Shown here: positions 37,046-46,204 of the stretch, in pieces | Layout: every line of letters starts with the position of its first letter | Position numbering within the stretch: the stretch's first letter is position 1 | Origin: Chloroflexia bacterium | GTDB taxonomy: Bacteria; Chloroflexota; Chloroflexia; DTKN01 | Assembly (NCBI GenBank): GCA_049970175.1 | Contig: JBMFNL010000003.1 | Span: forward strand, 5,652-69,651 | Length of the DNA: 64,000 bases | Direction of reading: 5' to 3' | The notes under the pieces: model-generated | Database searches by the model: none | The model's input: only the letters and a program-made list of their open reading frames with translations | Told to the model about the DNA's origin: nothing | Made by a program: the position numbers and the translations under genes

Positions 37046-39851
37046 GGACGACCTCCAGGGCGTAGAGGAAGATGCGGTCCGCGAAAAGGATGCGGCCGTC
37101 CATCACCAGCGGGGCGGCGAGGGCCGGAGCCGTGTAGGGCGGAGTATAGCGGGCCAGGAGCCGGCCGCTTTCGGCATCCAGGGCCACGAGCGCCCCTTCC
37201 CCGGTGATGCCGTAGACCGCGCCCTCTCCCACCACCAGGTCGGAAAGCAGGAGGTCGCCGCCGTCGTGGCTCCAGAGCACCTCCCCCGTATCGCCGGCAT
37301 AGGCCTGGAAGAGCCCGTCGGACCAGCCGACAAAGACACGGCCGGTGGAGTCGCAGGCCGGCCGGAGGAACAGGGCCGGCCGCACCGGCCCCCTCCAGAG
37401 CCTCCGGCCGGACCGGGCATCGAAGGCGGCCAAGAAAAAGCCCTCTTCTTCCAGAAAGCCCGTATAAAGCGTTCCTCCGCAACGCAGGGGTGTCCCCTGC
37501 GCAAAGGTTATAGGCGATTGCCAGAGCATCGTACCGTCGGCCGGGTCCCGGGCCTCCAGGTGCCCGGCGGAAAGGAAAACGCCTTCCTCCTCGGCCCAGG
37601 GAGCGCCCGTACAGGCCGGGAGGGGGACCTGCCAGAGCGTCGTGCCGTCGGCCGTGTCCAGGGCCCGAAGGCGGCTTCCGGACAGGGTGTCCAGGCAGAG
37701 GATCAGGTGGGAAGATGTAGCGGACGGCGGGAGGCGGAGCCAACCCTCCACCCCCCGACGCCAGCGCACCTGCTGGCCGGCCAGGTCATAGGCCACCACG
37801 GTGGTGGAAATCTCCCCGGTCTCCGGGTGGGAAAGGGCGATATAGGCCGTATCCCCATGGACCAGCGGCGGGAGGTCGGCCAGGCCGCCCAGTTCGGCCA
37901 GGAGGGTGAACTCGCCCGAAAGGGGGTCGTAGAGCCGGAGGTCGCCGTCATCCAGGAGGAGGAGGGCCCGGCCGGCCCATGCCTGGGGACTTCCGACGGG
38001 TCCGGCTCCGCTCGATTCCTCCACCGCCGGCCGGTCCCAACGCGGGACCAGGCGGAAGGCCCGGCCGGCCGGGTCTCCCAGGGCGTAGACGTGGCGGTGG
38101 CGGTCGGCCAGGAGGATGAGGCCCTGGCAAAAGGCCGGAGGTGCGCCCACCGGGGCCAGGTCGTTCCGGACGGCCCATGCTTGGCCGCTTTCTCCGTCCA
38201 GGAGGTGGACGCTTCCGGAACTATCGGCCAGGATGAGGGTGCGGTCCACCAGGAGTGGGGCCTGGGGAAACGCCCCGGGAAAATCGGCCTGCCAGCGCGT
38301 CCGGCCGTCCTCTCGACCCAAAGCCACCACATGGCCCAGGCCGGTAACGGCGTAAACGGCGTCATCGCCGAGGGTCAGGGCCGAGGAAACGTCCCCGGGC
38401 AGAGAGGCGCTCCAGCGGAAGGTCCCATCGGCCAGGGCAAGGGCGACCACCCGTCCTCCCTCCATTCCTCCGCTCAGGCCGATGTAGACCGTTTCCCCGG
38501 CGATGGTGGGTGGAGGCAGGATACTCTGCTCCAGTTCGACCTCCCAGCGCAGGTCGCCCCGGACGGCATCGAGGGCGTAGAGGAGGCCGGAGGCGTCCCC
38601 GAAAAGGACGAGTCCCCGGCTGCCGGCGGCCGGGGCCAGGAGGGCGTCGCCGGCCTCGAAGCGCCAGCGTTCCACCCCATCGCGGGCCTCCAGCGCGTAG
38701 AACGTGCCGCTTTCCGTGCCGAAAAAGAGGAGGTCGCCGTAGATGAGGGGGGAGGCGACGATCCGATCGTTGGCGGAGGCGCTCCACAGGAAGAGGCCGC
38801 GGGAGGCCTCCAGGGCGTAGAGGCGGTCGCCGGCGGCGATGTAGACGATTCCCCCGGAGACGGCCGGCGCGGCGACGATCGGCCGGCCGGCATCCCAGGT
38901 CCAGCGTACTTCGCCGCTGAGCACATCTACGGCCCGGACGACGCCCTTCTCGTCGCCCAAGAGGAGCAGTCCTCCGGCGCAGAGGGGAGGGGCGGTGATG
39001 TCGCTGGGAAAGGCGGCCTGCCAGCGGAGGGAGAGGGCGGGCCGGGCCGAGAGGGGCGGCCAGGCACCGCTCCGCTCCGGCCCACCACGTTCCAGGTATG
39101 TCGCCCCGGAGCATCCGACCTCATCGGCCGGCACGGCCGAGCCCGATCTCGGGGAGAGGCCGGTGGCCGAAAGGAGTTCGTAGCGCGTCAGGCCGGCTGG
39201 CCCGCTTTCTTCCTGCAACAGGGGAAAGAGGTCGCCTGCCCGGGCGTACCAGACACGGTGGTGGATATCCTGCCCGCCGAGCCGGACGTCCATTTCCACC
39301 GCCAGGGTGGAGGAGAAGGTGCCGGCCGGGATGGAAAGAGGGCCGGCGGGCCGGCGGCGCAGGGTATACGCGAGGGGCAGGAAACGCCGCCAGGGGCCGT
39401 AGGACCAGGTGACCGTGCCGCTCAGGGCGGCCTCCGGCATCTGGAGGGGCAGGGTGGGGGAGTACGTGTAGAGGCCGCTACTCTGGAGGAAACCGGCCTC
39501 CTGCCGTCCGGCCGGCGTTTCCACGTAAAAGATGACCTCGCGGGAAATTTTCCGGGAAACGTCGCTTCCCTTCAGAGCCAGGAGGGGCTTTCCCAGAGAG
39601 GGCCGGAGGGCCAGGACCTGAGGGTCGGTCAGGTTGAGGGAGAGGAAGCCGACGTCTCCGGAAGGCTCGGTCTTTCGGTAGAGGGCGGCTTCCCCTCGGG
39701 AAGGTTCCGGAGACGGCACGGCGGCCAGAGTCCAGGAAAGCATCAGGACCGTGGCCAGGAGGGCGAGGCCAAAGGTGGCGGCGACGGCTACGGCCCCGAT
39801 CCGGGCGCCACAGTTTGGGCCAGGTTGTGGCCCTGGCTGGATGGTTTCCAT
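37038..39851 (-). CDS. PQQ-binding-like beta-propeller repeat protein
   Basis: N-terminal TM/signal segment. Many LYALDA..G...W repeats arranged in two blocks. Confidence 0.88.
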   Translation of the reverse strand: METIQPGPQPGPNCGARIGAVAVAATFGLALLATVLMLSWTLAAVPSPEPSRGEAALYRKTEPSGDVGFLSLNLTDPQVLALRPSLGKPLLALKGSDVSRKISREVIFYVETPAGRQEAGFLQSSGLYTYSPTLPLQMPEAALSGTVTWSYGPWRRFLPLAYTLRRRPAGPLSIPAGTFSSTLAVEMDVRLGGQDIHHRVWYARAGDLFPLLQEESGPAGLTRYELLSATGLSPRSGSAVPADEVGCSGATYLERGGPERSGAWPPLSARPALSLRWQAAFPSDITAPPLCAGGLLLLGDEKGVVRAVDVLSGEVRWTWDAGRPIVAAPAVSGGIVYIAAGDRLYALEASRGLFLWSASANDRIVASPLIYGDLLFFGTESGTFYALEARDGVERWRFEAGDALLAPAAGSRGLVLFGDASGLLYALDAVRGDLRWEVELEQSILPPPTIAGETVYIGLSGGMEGGRVVALALADGTFRWSASLPGDVSSALTLGDDAVYAVTGLGHVVALGREDGRTRWQADFPGAFPQAPLLVDRTLILADSSGSVHLLDGESGQAWAVRNDLAPVGAPPAFCQGLILLADRHRHVYALGDPAGRAFRLVPRWDRPAVEESSGAGPVGSPQAWAGRALLLLDDGDLRLYDPLSGEFTLLAELGGLADLPPLVHGDTAYIALSHPETGEISTTVVAYDLAGQQVRWRRGVEGWLRLPPSATSSHLILCLDTLSGSRLRALDTADGTTLWQVPLPACTGAPWAEEEGVFLSAGHLEARDPADGTMLWQSPITFAQGTPLRCGGTLYTGFLEEEGFFLAAFDARSGRRLWRGPVRPALFLRPACDSTGRVFVGWSDGLFQAYAGDTGEVLWSHDGGDLLLSDLVVGEGAVYGITGEGALVALDAESGRLLARYTPPYTAPALAAPLVMDGRILFADRIFLYALEVVHE

Positions 39852-39861
39852 CGCCGGAGCC

Positions 39862-40827
39862 TCACACTCCCGGTGGCAACTGGCCGTGGGCCCTCCACCA
39901 GTCCATACACCAGGCTACCGTGCGGGGGATGCCTTCCTCCAGCGGAACCTTCGGCCGGTAGTCGAGAAGGGCGCGGGCCTTGCGGATGTCGGCCACATAG
40001 TGGGTGACCTCGCCCACCCGGGGCGGCTCCACGTGCACCTCCGGGATACGGCCCAGGGCTGCGCTGATGAGTTCGACCACGCGGAAGAGGGTATTGCCCT
40101 GGCCGTAGGCCAGATTGATCGTCTCGTTGCGCACCTGTCCGGAGAGCAGCCGCTCCAGCCCGGCATAGACGCCCTCGATGCAATCGTCTATGTAGGTAAA
40201 GTCGAGCACCTTTTCCCGACCGTAGATGGTGATCGGCTCGCCCAGGGCGATCTTGCGGATAAAGAGGGGGATGACCCGCTCCATACGCTCCAGGTCGTTA
40301 TCGTAGCGGCCGTAGACGTTGCTGAAGCGAAAGATCAGGTAAGGCAGGCCGTAGCAGCGGGCGTAGGAATAGATCAACGCCTCGCCGGAGATTTTGCTGG
40401 CCGAGTACGTGCTTTCCGTGAAGGAGAAATCGGCCTGGGTCTCCTCGGTGATATAGCGGTGGATGTCGCCATAGACCTCGCGGGAACTGCTGAAGACGAT
40501 CGGCACCTGGTTCTGGCGGCAGTACTCCAAGACGTTATAGGTGATCTGGATGTTTTCCATCGCCCGGTGGGGCTCGGAGACCAGTTGGTGGACCTTGGCG
40601 TTGGCGGCCAGGTGGACGACCACATCCACCGGCGGATATTCCACGCCGCCGATGCCGCCGCGAAAGTTGGCAAAGTTGCCGGCCAGGTCCTGGAGGATGT
40701 AACGGAAGCGGTCGGTCCAGGGGTTGAGCCGCTTATCCACGCCGAAGACAAAGTGGCCCCGTTCCAGGAGATAAAGGGCCAGGTTGGTGCCGATCTGCCC
40801 GCTGGAGCCGGTGATCAGGATGCGCAT
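39862..40827 (-). CDS. NAD-dependent nucleotide-sugar epimerase/dehydratase
   Basis: MRILITGSSGQIG, VHLAA, FSSSREVYG, YSASK, RFSNVYG, DFTYIDD. Confidence 0.92.
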   Translation of the reverse strand: MRILITGSSGQIGTNLALYLLERGHFVFGVDKRLNPWTDRFRYILQDLAGNFANFRGGIGGVEYPPVDVVVHLAANAKVHQLVSEPHRAMENIQITYNVLEYCRQNQVPIVFSSSREVYGDIHRYITEETQADFSFTESTYSASKISGEALIYSYARCYGLPYLIFRFSNVYGRYDNDLERMERVIPLFIRKIALGEPITIYGREKVLDFTYIDDCIEGVYAGLERLLSGQVRNETINLAYGQGNTLFRVVELISAALGRIPEVHVEPPRVGEVTHYVADIRKARALLDYRPKVPLEEGIPRTVAWCMDWWRAHGQLPPGV

Positions 40828-40851
40828 CGCTTTCTCCGACGTTTTGGTTTC

Positions 40852-40880
40852 ATTGTACACCACTCCGGTCGGGCGTGCAA
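40852..40880 (-). promoter_or_regulatory. Promoter upstream of the epimerase
   Basis: TTGCAC-17 nt-TACAAT with extended TG on the minus strand. Confidence 0.6.
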
Positions 40881-40928
40881 CCGCGAGGGCCCCGAAAGAT
40901 TTGGGGTGAAAGGGGGAGGCAACCACGC

Positions 40929-42056
40929 TCAGCGCGGGGCGGACGGTCCCCCCACCATCTCCCGATAGACCTCCAGATAGGCCCGGACCACCCGTTCCTG
41001 GGTAAAACGGGCCAGGACACGCTCCCGACCTCGTCGGCCCAGTTCGGCCCGGAGCGCCGGATCGTGCAGGCGTTCGAGGGCGGCCCGGAGGGCGAGCACA
41101 TCTCCCTCCGGGTAGATCAGGCCGGCCTCGCCGATGACGTAGGGAATTTCCCCGCAACTGGAGCCGACCACCGGGATGCCGCAGGCCATGGCCTCGACGA
41201 GCACGCGCCCGAACTGCTCCTTCCAGGTGGGAGTGGTACGCGAGGGCAGCACGAGCACGTCCATCCGGCGGTAGAGGTCCGGCAGGGCGGATGAGGGGAC
41301 GCGGCCGGCGAATTCGACCCGTCCCTCCAGGTCGGGCCGGCCGGCCCGCCGGCGCAGTTCCGGCTCCAGAACACCGCCCCCGACGAGCAACAGACGCACC
41401 CGCGGCAATCCGGCCGCGGCCTCCAGAAGGTCCAGGAGGCCCTTCTGGGGGACCAAGCGGCCGGCGTAGCCGACCCTGACCTCTTGGGCTTCCTTCTCCT
41501 CCCCCCTTGGGAGGGGATGAGGGCAAAATACCTCCTCATCCACCCCAAACTGCGGAATCACCCGCAACGGCCCCCGATACCCCTTGCGGCGCAGGACACC
41601 GGCGGCGTCATGGTTGCCGGCCACAGCATAGGCCGCGTGGTCCAGATTGTAACGTTCGAACCAGCAAAAGGGCGGGGGCAGGCGACGGTAGATGTTGGCC
41701 CAGTTGAAAAAAAGGCACCGTGCTCCCCGGCGCCTCCCCAGCCAGACGGCCTGGAAGGTGGCCGGGTTGAACGATTCCTCGTCAATGTGCAGGACGTCCG
41801 GCCTTTCCTCTCGGAGCACCTGCCCCAGGGAAGGCCAGAAATAGAGATGGAAGTGCCCGTTGAAGGCGATGGGGCAGACGCGCAGACGGTAGTTCGAGGC
41901 CGGCACATCCTCCAGTGGAATCTCCCCGACGCCCGGTTCCCGCCACGAAGGAGGGACCACGGCCACCAGTTCCACCTCGGGGTCGCGGGCCACCCACTCC
42001 AGTTGCCGCCGATACATCCCCACGACCAACGCCTTGCTCAGGAGCATCACCTTCAT
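40929..42056 (-). CDS. Glycosyltransferase family 4
   Basis: YAGRLVPQKG, DVLVLPS, EQFGRVLVEAMACG. Confidence 0.92.
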   Translation of the reverse strand: MKVMLLSKALVVGMYRRQLEWVARDPEVELVAVVPPSWREPGVGEIPLEDVPASNYRLRVCPIAFNGHFHLYFWPSLGQVLREERPDVLHIDEESFNPATFQAVWLGRRRGARCLFFNWANIYRRLPPPFCWFERYNLDHAAYAVAGNHDAAGVLRRKGYRGPLRVIPQFGVDEEVFCPHPLPRGEEKEAQEVRVGYAGRLVPQKGLLDLLEAAAGLPRVRLLLVGGGVLEPELRRRAGRPDLEGRVEFAGRVPSSALPDLYRRMDVLVLPSRTTPTWKEQFGRVLVEAMACGIPVVGSSCGEIPYVIGEAGLIYPEGDVLALRAALERLHDPALRAELGRRGRERVLARFTQERVVRAYLEVYREMVGGPSAPR

Positions 42057-42092
42057 CGTCTCACCTGGCGGGAATCCGATACGGCCCGGCGG

Positions 42093-42139
<47 letters not shown>

Positions 42140-42140
42140 T

Positions 42141-43877
42141 TCACATCCTCGTGGGCGCCTCGATCCCCAGCAGGCGCAGGCCGTTACGGATGCCCTGGCC
42201 CACCGCGGCCACCAGCCCCAGCCGGGCCTCGCGGACGCCGGCCGGCGCGAGCAGGATGGGCAGGTCCCGCCAGAAGCGGCTGAAATCGCGGGCCGTCTCG
42301 TACAGCCACTCGGCAACGATGTGGGGGGCGTATTCGGCGGCCGCCCGGCGCACCACCTGCGGGAAACGGGCCAGATGACGAATCAGGACCTGCTCCTGGG
42401 GTTCCACCAGCAGGGCCGGATCGTAGGCCTCCGGAACCCCTCCACCTTTCTCCAGGACGCTGTGGCAACGGGTGTGGGTGTACTGGATGTAGGGGGCCGT
42501 GTTGCCCTCGAAACTCAGCATGGTCTCCCAATCGAAGACAATGTCCCGGCGGCGGTCCTGGTGCAGGTCGTTGTAGATGACCGCGCCGATGCCCACCTGA
42601 CGGGCGATCTCGCGCTTTTCCTCCTCGCTCAGGCCGGGGTTCTTTTCCTCCACGATGGCCCGGGCCCGGGCTTCGGCCTCGTCCAGGAGTTCGTCCAGGA
42701 AGATCACCTCGCCGTGGCGCATGGAAAAACGGCTGCCGTCCGGCTTGAGCACCGTGCCGAAGGAGACATGGATGGAGCGGGCGGCCAGTTCCGGATACCC
42801 CATCCGCTCCAGGGCCTTGAAGGTCTGGCGGAGGTGCAGCGTCTGCTCTTCGCCGATGACCAAGAGGATCAGGGCCGGCCGGTAGGTACGCCAGCGGTAG
42901 AGGGCGGTGGCGAGTTCCCGGGTGATGTAGAGGGTGGCCCCATCGCTTTTACGCAGCAGGGTCGAGGAGAGGCCGTCCTCGGTCAGGTCCAGGATGACGG
43001 CCGGGCTCTCCAGGTCCCGACGGGCCACCCCCTTGGCGATGGCCTCCTCGATCACGTCCTCCAGCATATCCTCATAGAAACTTTCCCCGTGGTAGAGGTC
43101 GAAATGTACCCCCAGGCGGCGGTAGGTCTTTTCCAACTCCTGGATGGTGAGGTCCACGAAATGTTGCCAGAGGCGGCGGGCCTCCGGGTCGCCCTGTTCC
43201 AGGCGGGCGAACCAGCGCCGACCCTCTTCCTCCAGAGAGGGGTCGGCTTCAGCCTCCTTATGAAAACGGGCATAGAGGTCCACCAGGTGGCCGATGGGGT
43301 CCCGGGCCATCGCTTCCTCGTCCCCCCAGGCCCGGTAGGCATAGATCAGTTTGCCGAACTGGGTGCCCCAGTCGCCCAGGTGGTTATCGCCGATGGTGTG
43401 ATAGCCCAGGAAATCGTAGATGTTGCGGAGGGACTGGCCGATGATGGTGGAGCGGAGGTGCCCTACGTGCATCCGCCGGGCGACGTTGGGGGAAGAGTAG
43501 TCGAGGATGACGTTCTGGCCCTGCCCGACATCGTCGCCACCGTAGGAATCGCCCCATTCCCGCACCTCGGCAAGCACCTGGCGGGCCAGTTCGCGTTCCT
43601 CCAGGGTAAAGTTCAGGTAAGGTCCCAGCGGAGCCATCATGCCCACCAGGCTGGGAGGGGGGAAAGAGAGGCGGCCGGCCAGTTCTGAGGCGATGGCCGC
43701 GGGAGGTCGGCGCAGTCGGCGGGCCAGGGCAAAGCAGGGCAGGCCCAGATCGGCCGGTACCTCCGGCGGAGGGGGCAGGAGGGCGATCTCCTCCTCCAGA
43801 CATTCCGCCTGGGTGACGAGGGCCGTGCGAATTTCCCGAACGAAGCGATCCAGGGTGTATTCCCGAGGCAACGGCAC
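42141..43877 (-). CDS. argS: Arginine--tRNA ligase
   Basis: DYSSPNVA..MHVGHLRSTIIG, NHLGDWGTQFG, GESFY, KSDG..LY, GNTAPYIQY. Confidence 0.97.
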   Translation of the reverse strand: MPLPREYTLDRFVREIRTALVTQAECLEEEIALLPPPPEVPADLGLPCFALARRLRRPPAAIASELAGRLSFPPPSLVGMMAPLGPYLNFTLEERELARQVLAEVREWGDSYGGDDVGQGQNVILDYSSPNVARRMHVGHLRSTIIGQSLRNIYDFLGYHTIGDNHLGDWGTQFGKLIYAYRAWGDEEAMARDPIGHLVDLYARFHKEAEADPSLEEEGRRWFARLEQGDPEARRLWQHFVDLTIQELEKTYRRLGVHFDLYHGESFYEDMLEDVIEEAIAKGVARRDLESPAVILDLTEDGLSSTLLRKSDGATLYITRELATALYRWRTYRPALILLVIGEEQTLHLRQTFKALERMGYPELAARSIHVSFGTVLKPDGSRFSMRHGEVIFLDELLDEAEARARAIVEEKNPGLSEEEKREIARQVGIGAVIYNDLHQDRRRDIVFDWETMLSFEGNTAPYIQYTHTRCHSVLEKGGGVPEAYDPALLVEPQEQVLIRHLARFPQVVRRAAAEYAPHIVAEWLYETARDFSRFWRDLPILLAPAGVREARLGLVAAVGQGIRNGLRLLGIEAPTRM

Positions 43878-43883
43878 CTCCTA

Positions 43884-45035
43884 TCACACCCGCTCGAACG
43901 GGTCAAAGAGTTTTTTGTACTCCTCCAGGGCGTAGCGGTCGGTCATGCCGGCGATATAGTCGCAGACGACGCGGTAGAGGTCCTCTTCGCCGATGCGGGC
44001 CCGGGTCGTCGGGGGGAGGAGTTCGGGGTTGGAAACATAGGCCCGGAAGAGTTGCTCGATGAACCAGCGGGCTTTGGCCGCCATACGCAGGACCCGCCAG
44101 TGGCGGTAGAGGTGCCGGTAGAGAAAGTCCTTGAGTTGGCGGTTCTTGGCGGCCATCTCCTCCGAATGCCCTACCAGGAGGCCCGGGTAGCGGCGGACGT
44201 CCTCCAGGGAGGCGATGCCGGCCGCCTGGAGGTTCCTCTCGGTGGCCTGGATAATATCGGTGACCATCGTGCCGATCAGACGACGGATCACCTGCCGACG
44301 GACGAGTTCGGTGAAGGGCCGGCCGGCCGTGCCGGTGGAACGGAGCATCTCTTCCCAAAGGACGATGCCGGAGAGGTCCTCCGGCCGGATCATGCCGGAA
44401 CGCAACCCGTCGTCCAGGTCGTGAGCGGTGTAGGCCGCCTCGTCGGCGGCGTTGACCACCTGGGCCTCCAGCGGCGGCCGCAGGTCGGGGTCGTAGCCGC
44501 TGGCGTCGGAGCGGTCGTAGATGGTCTCGTGTTTGATGATGCCTTCGCGCACCTCCCAGGTCAGGTTCAGACCCGGAAAATCGGGGTAGCGCCGTTCCAG
44601 TTTTTCCACCACGCGCAAACTCTGGGTGTTGTGGTTGAAGCCACCGTGGTCGGCCATCAGCGCGGCCAGCGTCTCCTCCCCCGAATGGCCAAAGGCCGGG
44701 TGGCCGATGTCGTGGGCCAGGGCGATGGCTTCCACCAGGTCCGCGTTCAGCCCCAGGGCGCGGGCAATGGTCTGGCCGATCTGGCAGACCTCCAGGGTGT
44801 GGGTCAGGCGGGTGCGGTAGTAATCGCCCTCGTAGTTGACAAAGACCTGGGTCTTGTACTCCAGGCGGCGGAAGGCGGTGGTGTGCAGGATACGGTCGCG
44901 GTCGCGCTGGAAGGCGGTGCGGTAGGGCGGCTCGTCCTCGGGATAGGCCCGGCCGCGGGAATCGCGGCTTTTCATCGCGTAGGGGGCCAGGGTTGCGGCC
45001 TCCAGTTCTTCCAGATCTTTTCGGGAACGGTACAT
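43884..45035 (-). CDS. dgt: Deoxyguanosinetriphosphate triphosphohydrolase
   Basis: FQRDRDRILH..AFRRLEYKTQV, RTRLTHTLEV, HDIGH.FGHSGE, DYIAGMTD. Confidence 0.95.
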   Translation of the reverse strand: MYRSRKDLEELEAATLAPYAMKSRDSRGRAYPEDEPPYRTAFQRDRDRILHTTAFRRLEYKTQVFVNYEGDYYRTRLTHTLEVCQIGQTIARALGLNADLVEAIALAHDIGHPAFGHSGEETLAALMADHGGFNHNTQSLRVVEKLERRYPDFPGLNLTWEVREGIIKHETIYDRSDASGYDPDLRPPLEAQVVNAADEAAYTAHDLDDGLRSGMIRPEDLSGIVLWEEMLRSTGTAGRPFTELVRRQVIRRLIGTMVTDIIQATERNLQAAGIASLEDVRRYPGLLVGHSEEMAAKNRQLKDFLYRHLYRHWRVLRMAAKARWFIEQLFRAYVSNPELLPPTTRARIGEEDLYRVVCDYIAGMTDRYALEEYKKLFDPFERV

Positions 45036-45121
45036 CTCCACCTCCATTTCCAGGCTTTCCTCGCTCAGGCGCGTAGCCGCATTACGGTTTTGCCGGTTCG
45101 TGCCGGGGGATAGTCCCGCCT

Positions 45122-46204
45122 CTACCCTGCGGAAAGCGCCTCCACGATACGGAACGGGTCGCTGGAGACCACGCTGGAGGCATAGAGTTCCATGGCCCCG
45201 ATGTCCGAGGTGCGGCTCTCCGGGTCGCCGCGATCCACCACCCGCGCGAGGACGCCGGGAAGGACGCTCCAATCCTCTTCCACCGGAGCCAGCGGCGGCA
45301 GGTAGAGGGCCACGTTGAAGGAACGCACCCCCAGTCGCTCCACATAGGCCTGCAACACCGTGTAGAGGGCCTCCACCAAGTCCTGGTTGACGGCCGGCCC
45401 CAGGAGCAGGAACTCCTTCTCTTTGATCGGCGTGAGGTAGGCCAGGGCGTGGGCCGCGCCGAAAGGACGCGCCAGTCCCAGGGCCTCGTGCACCTGCAGC
45501 AGATCGGCCAGGTAGTCGCTCCCGTAGGCCGCCCGGTAGCGCAATGCGGCCTGGCGGAGGGCTTCCACCCGGCCGTAGGGCATCTCCCGACTTACGGTGG
45601 CCTGGGCATGGCCGTGCAGGATGGAGGCCCCGCTTTTCCAGAGGCAGTTCCACATAAAGAAGTAAAAGACGGCCTGCGGGTCGCTCCGGTGGGCGGCCTC
45701 GGCCCAGCGCCGGCCGGTTTCCAGGGCGTCGGCGATGCTCTCCCGGCTGAAGCGTAAGGGGTGGTGTTCGTCAAAGATGATGACACCGTGGAAGCCGTCG
45801 TATTTGGCGATGTTGCTGGCGGTGAGGCTGTGCGTTCCCCGGATGCGTCCGAAGACATCCTCGGGCGTGAGTTCCAGCGGCCGGCAGAAGGGGTCCCCCT
45901 GGTTGGCGGCGATCGTCTCTTCCAGGCTCCCCAGCGGGGGAGCTTCGATGGGCCGGCGGGCGCGGAGTTCGTTATAGAGCGTGCCCTCCAGGGTGATTCG
46001 GTTGGTCACCTTGACGATGCGCTGCCGGCGCACCGCCTCCACCGAGCCGAAGTGGCGCTCGATCCAGGCGTACATCGCCTCGGGAGGGACCACTTCCCCC
46101 ACCGTCGTGCTCAGGTGAAAGAGGCGGTGGAAGAGGGCGCGCTCCTCATCCGGCAGGCCGGCCACCAACTCGGGAAGGCTGACGATGCTCCGGTTAGGCG
46201 ACAT
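45122..46204 (-). CDS. GalT-like HIT-superfamily nucleotidyltransferase/phosphorylase
   Basis: NELRARRP, DPFC, WNCLWKSGASILHGHAQ (matches GalT GASxxHxHxQ). Overlaps the glgA stop. Confidence 0.7.
   Translation of the reverse strand: MSPNRSIVSLPELVAGLPDEERALFHRLFHLSTTVGEVVPPEAMYAWIERHFGSVEAVRRQRIVKVTNRITLEGTLYNELRARRPIEAPPLGSLEETIAANQGDPFCRPLELTPEDVFGRIRGTHSLTASNIAKYDGFHGVIIFDEHHPLRFSRESIADALETGRRWAEAAHRSDPQAVFYFFMWNCLWKSGASILHGHAQATVSREMPYGRVEALRQAALRYRAAYGSDYLADLLQVHEALGLARPFGAAHALAYLTPIKEKEFLLLGPAVNQDLVEALYTVLQAYVERLGVRSFNVALYLPPLAPVEEDWSVLPGVLARVVDRGDPESRTSDIGAMELYASSVVSSDPFRIVEALSAG

Noticed and set aside
43884-45035. dGTPase as an anti-phage defence gene
   Set aside because: It is a short housekeeping-type dGTPase beside argS with no defence-island context.
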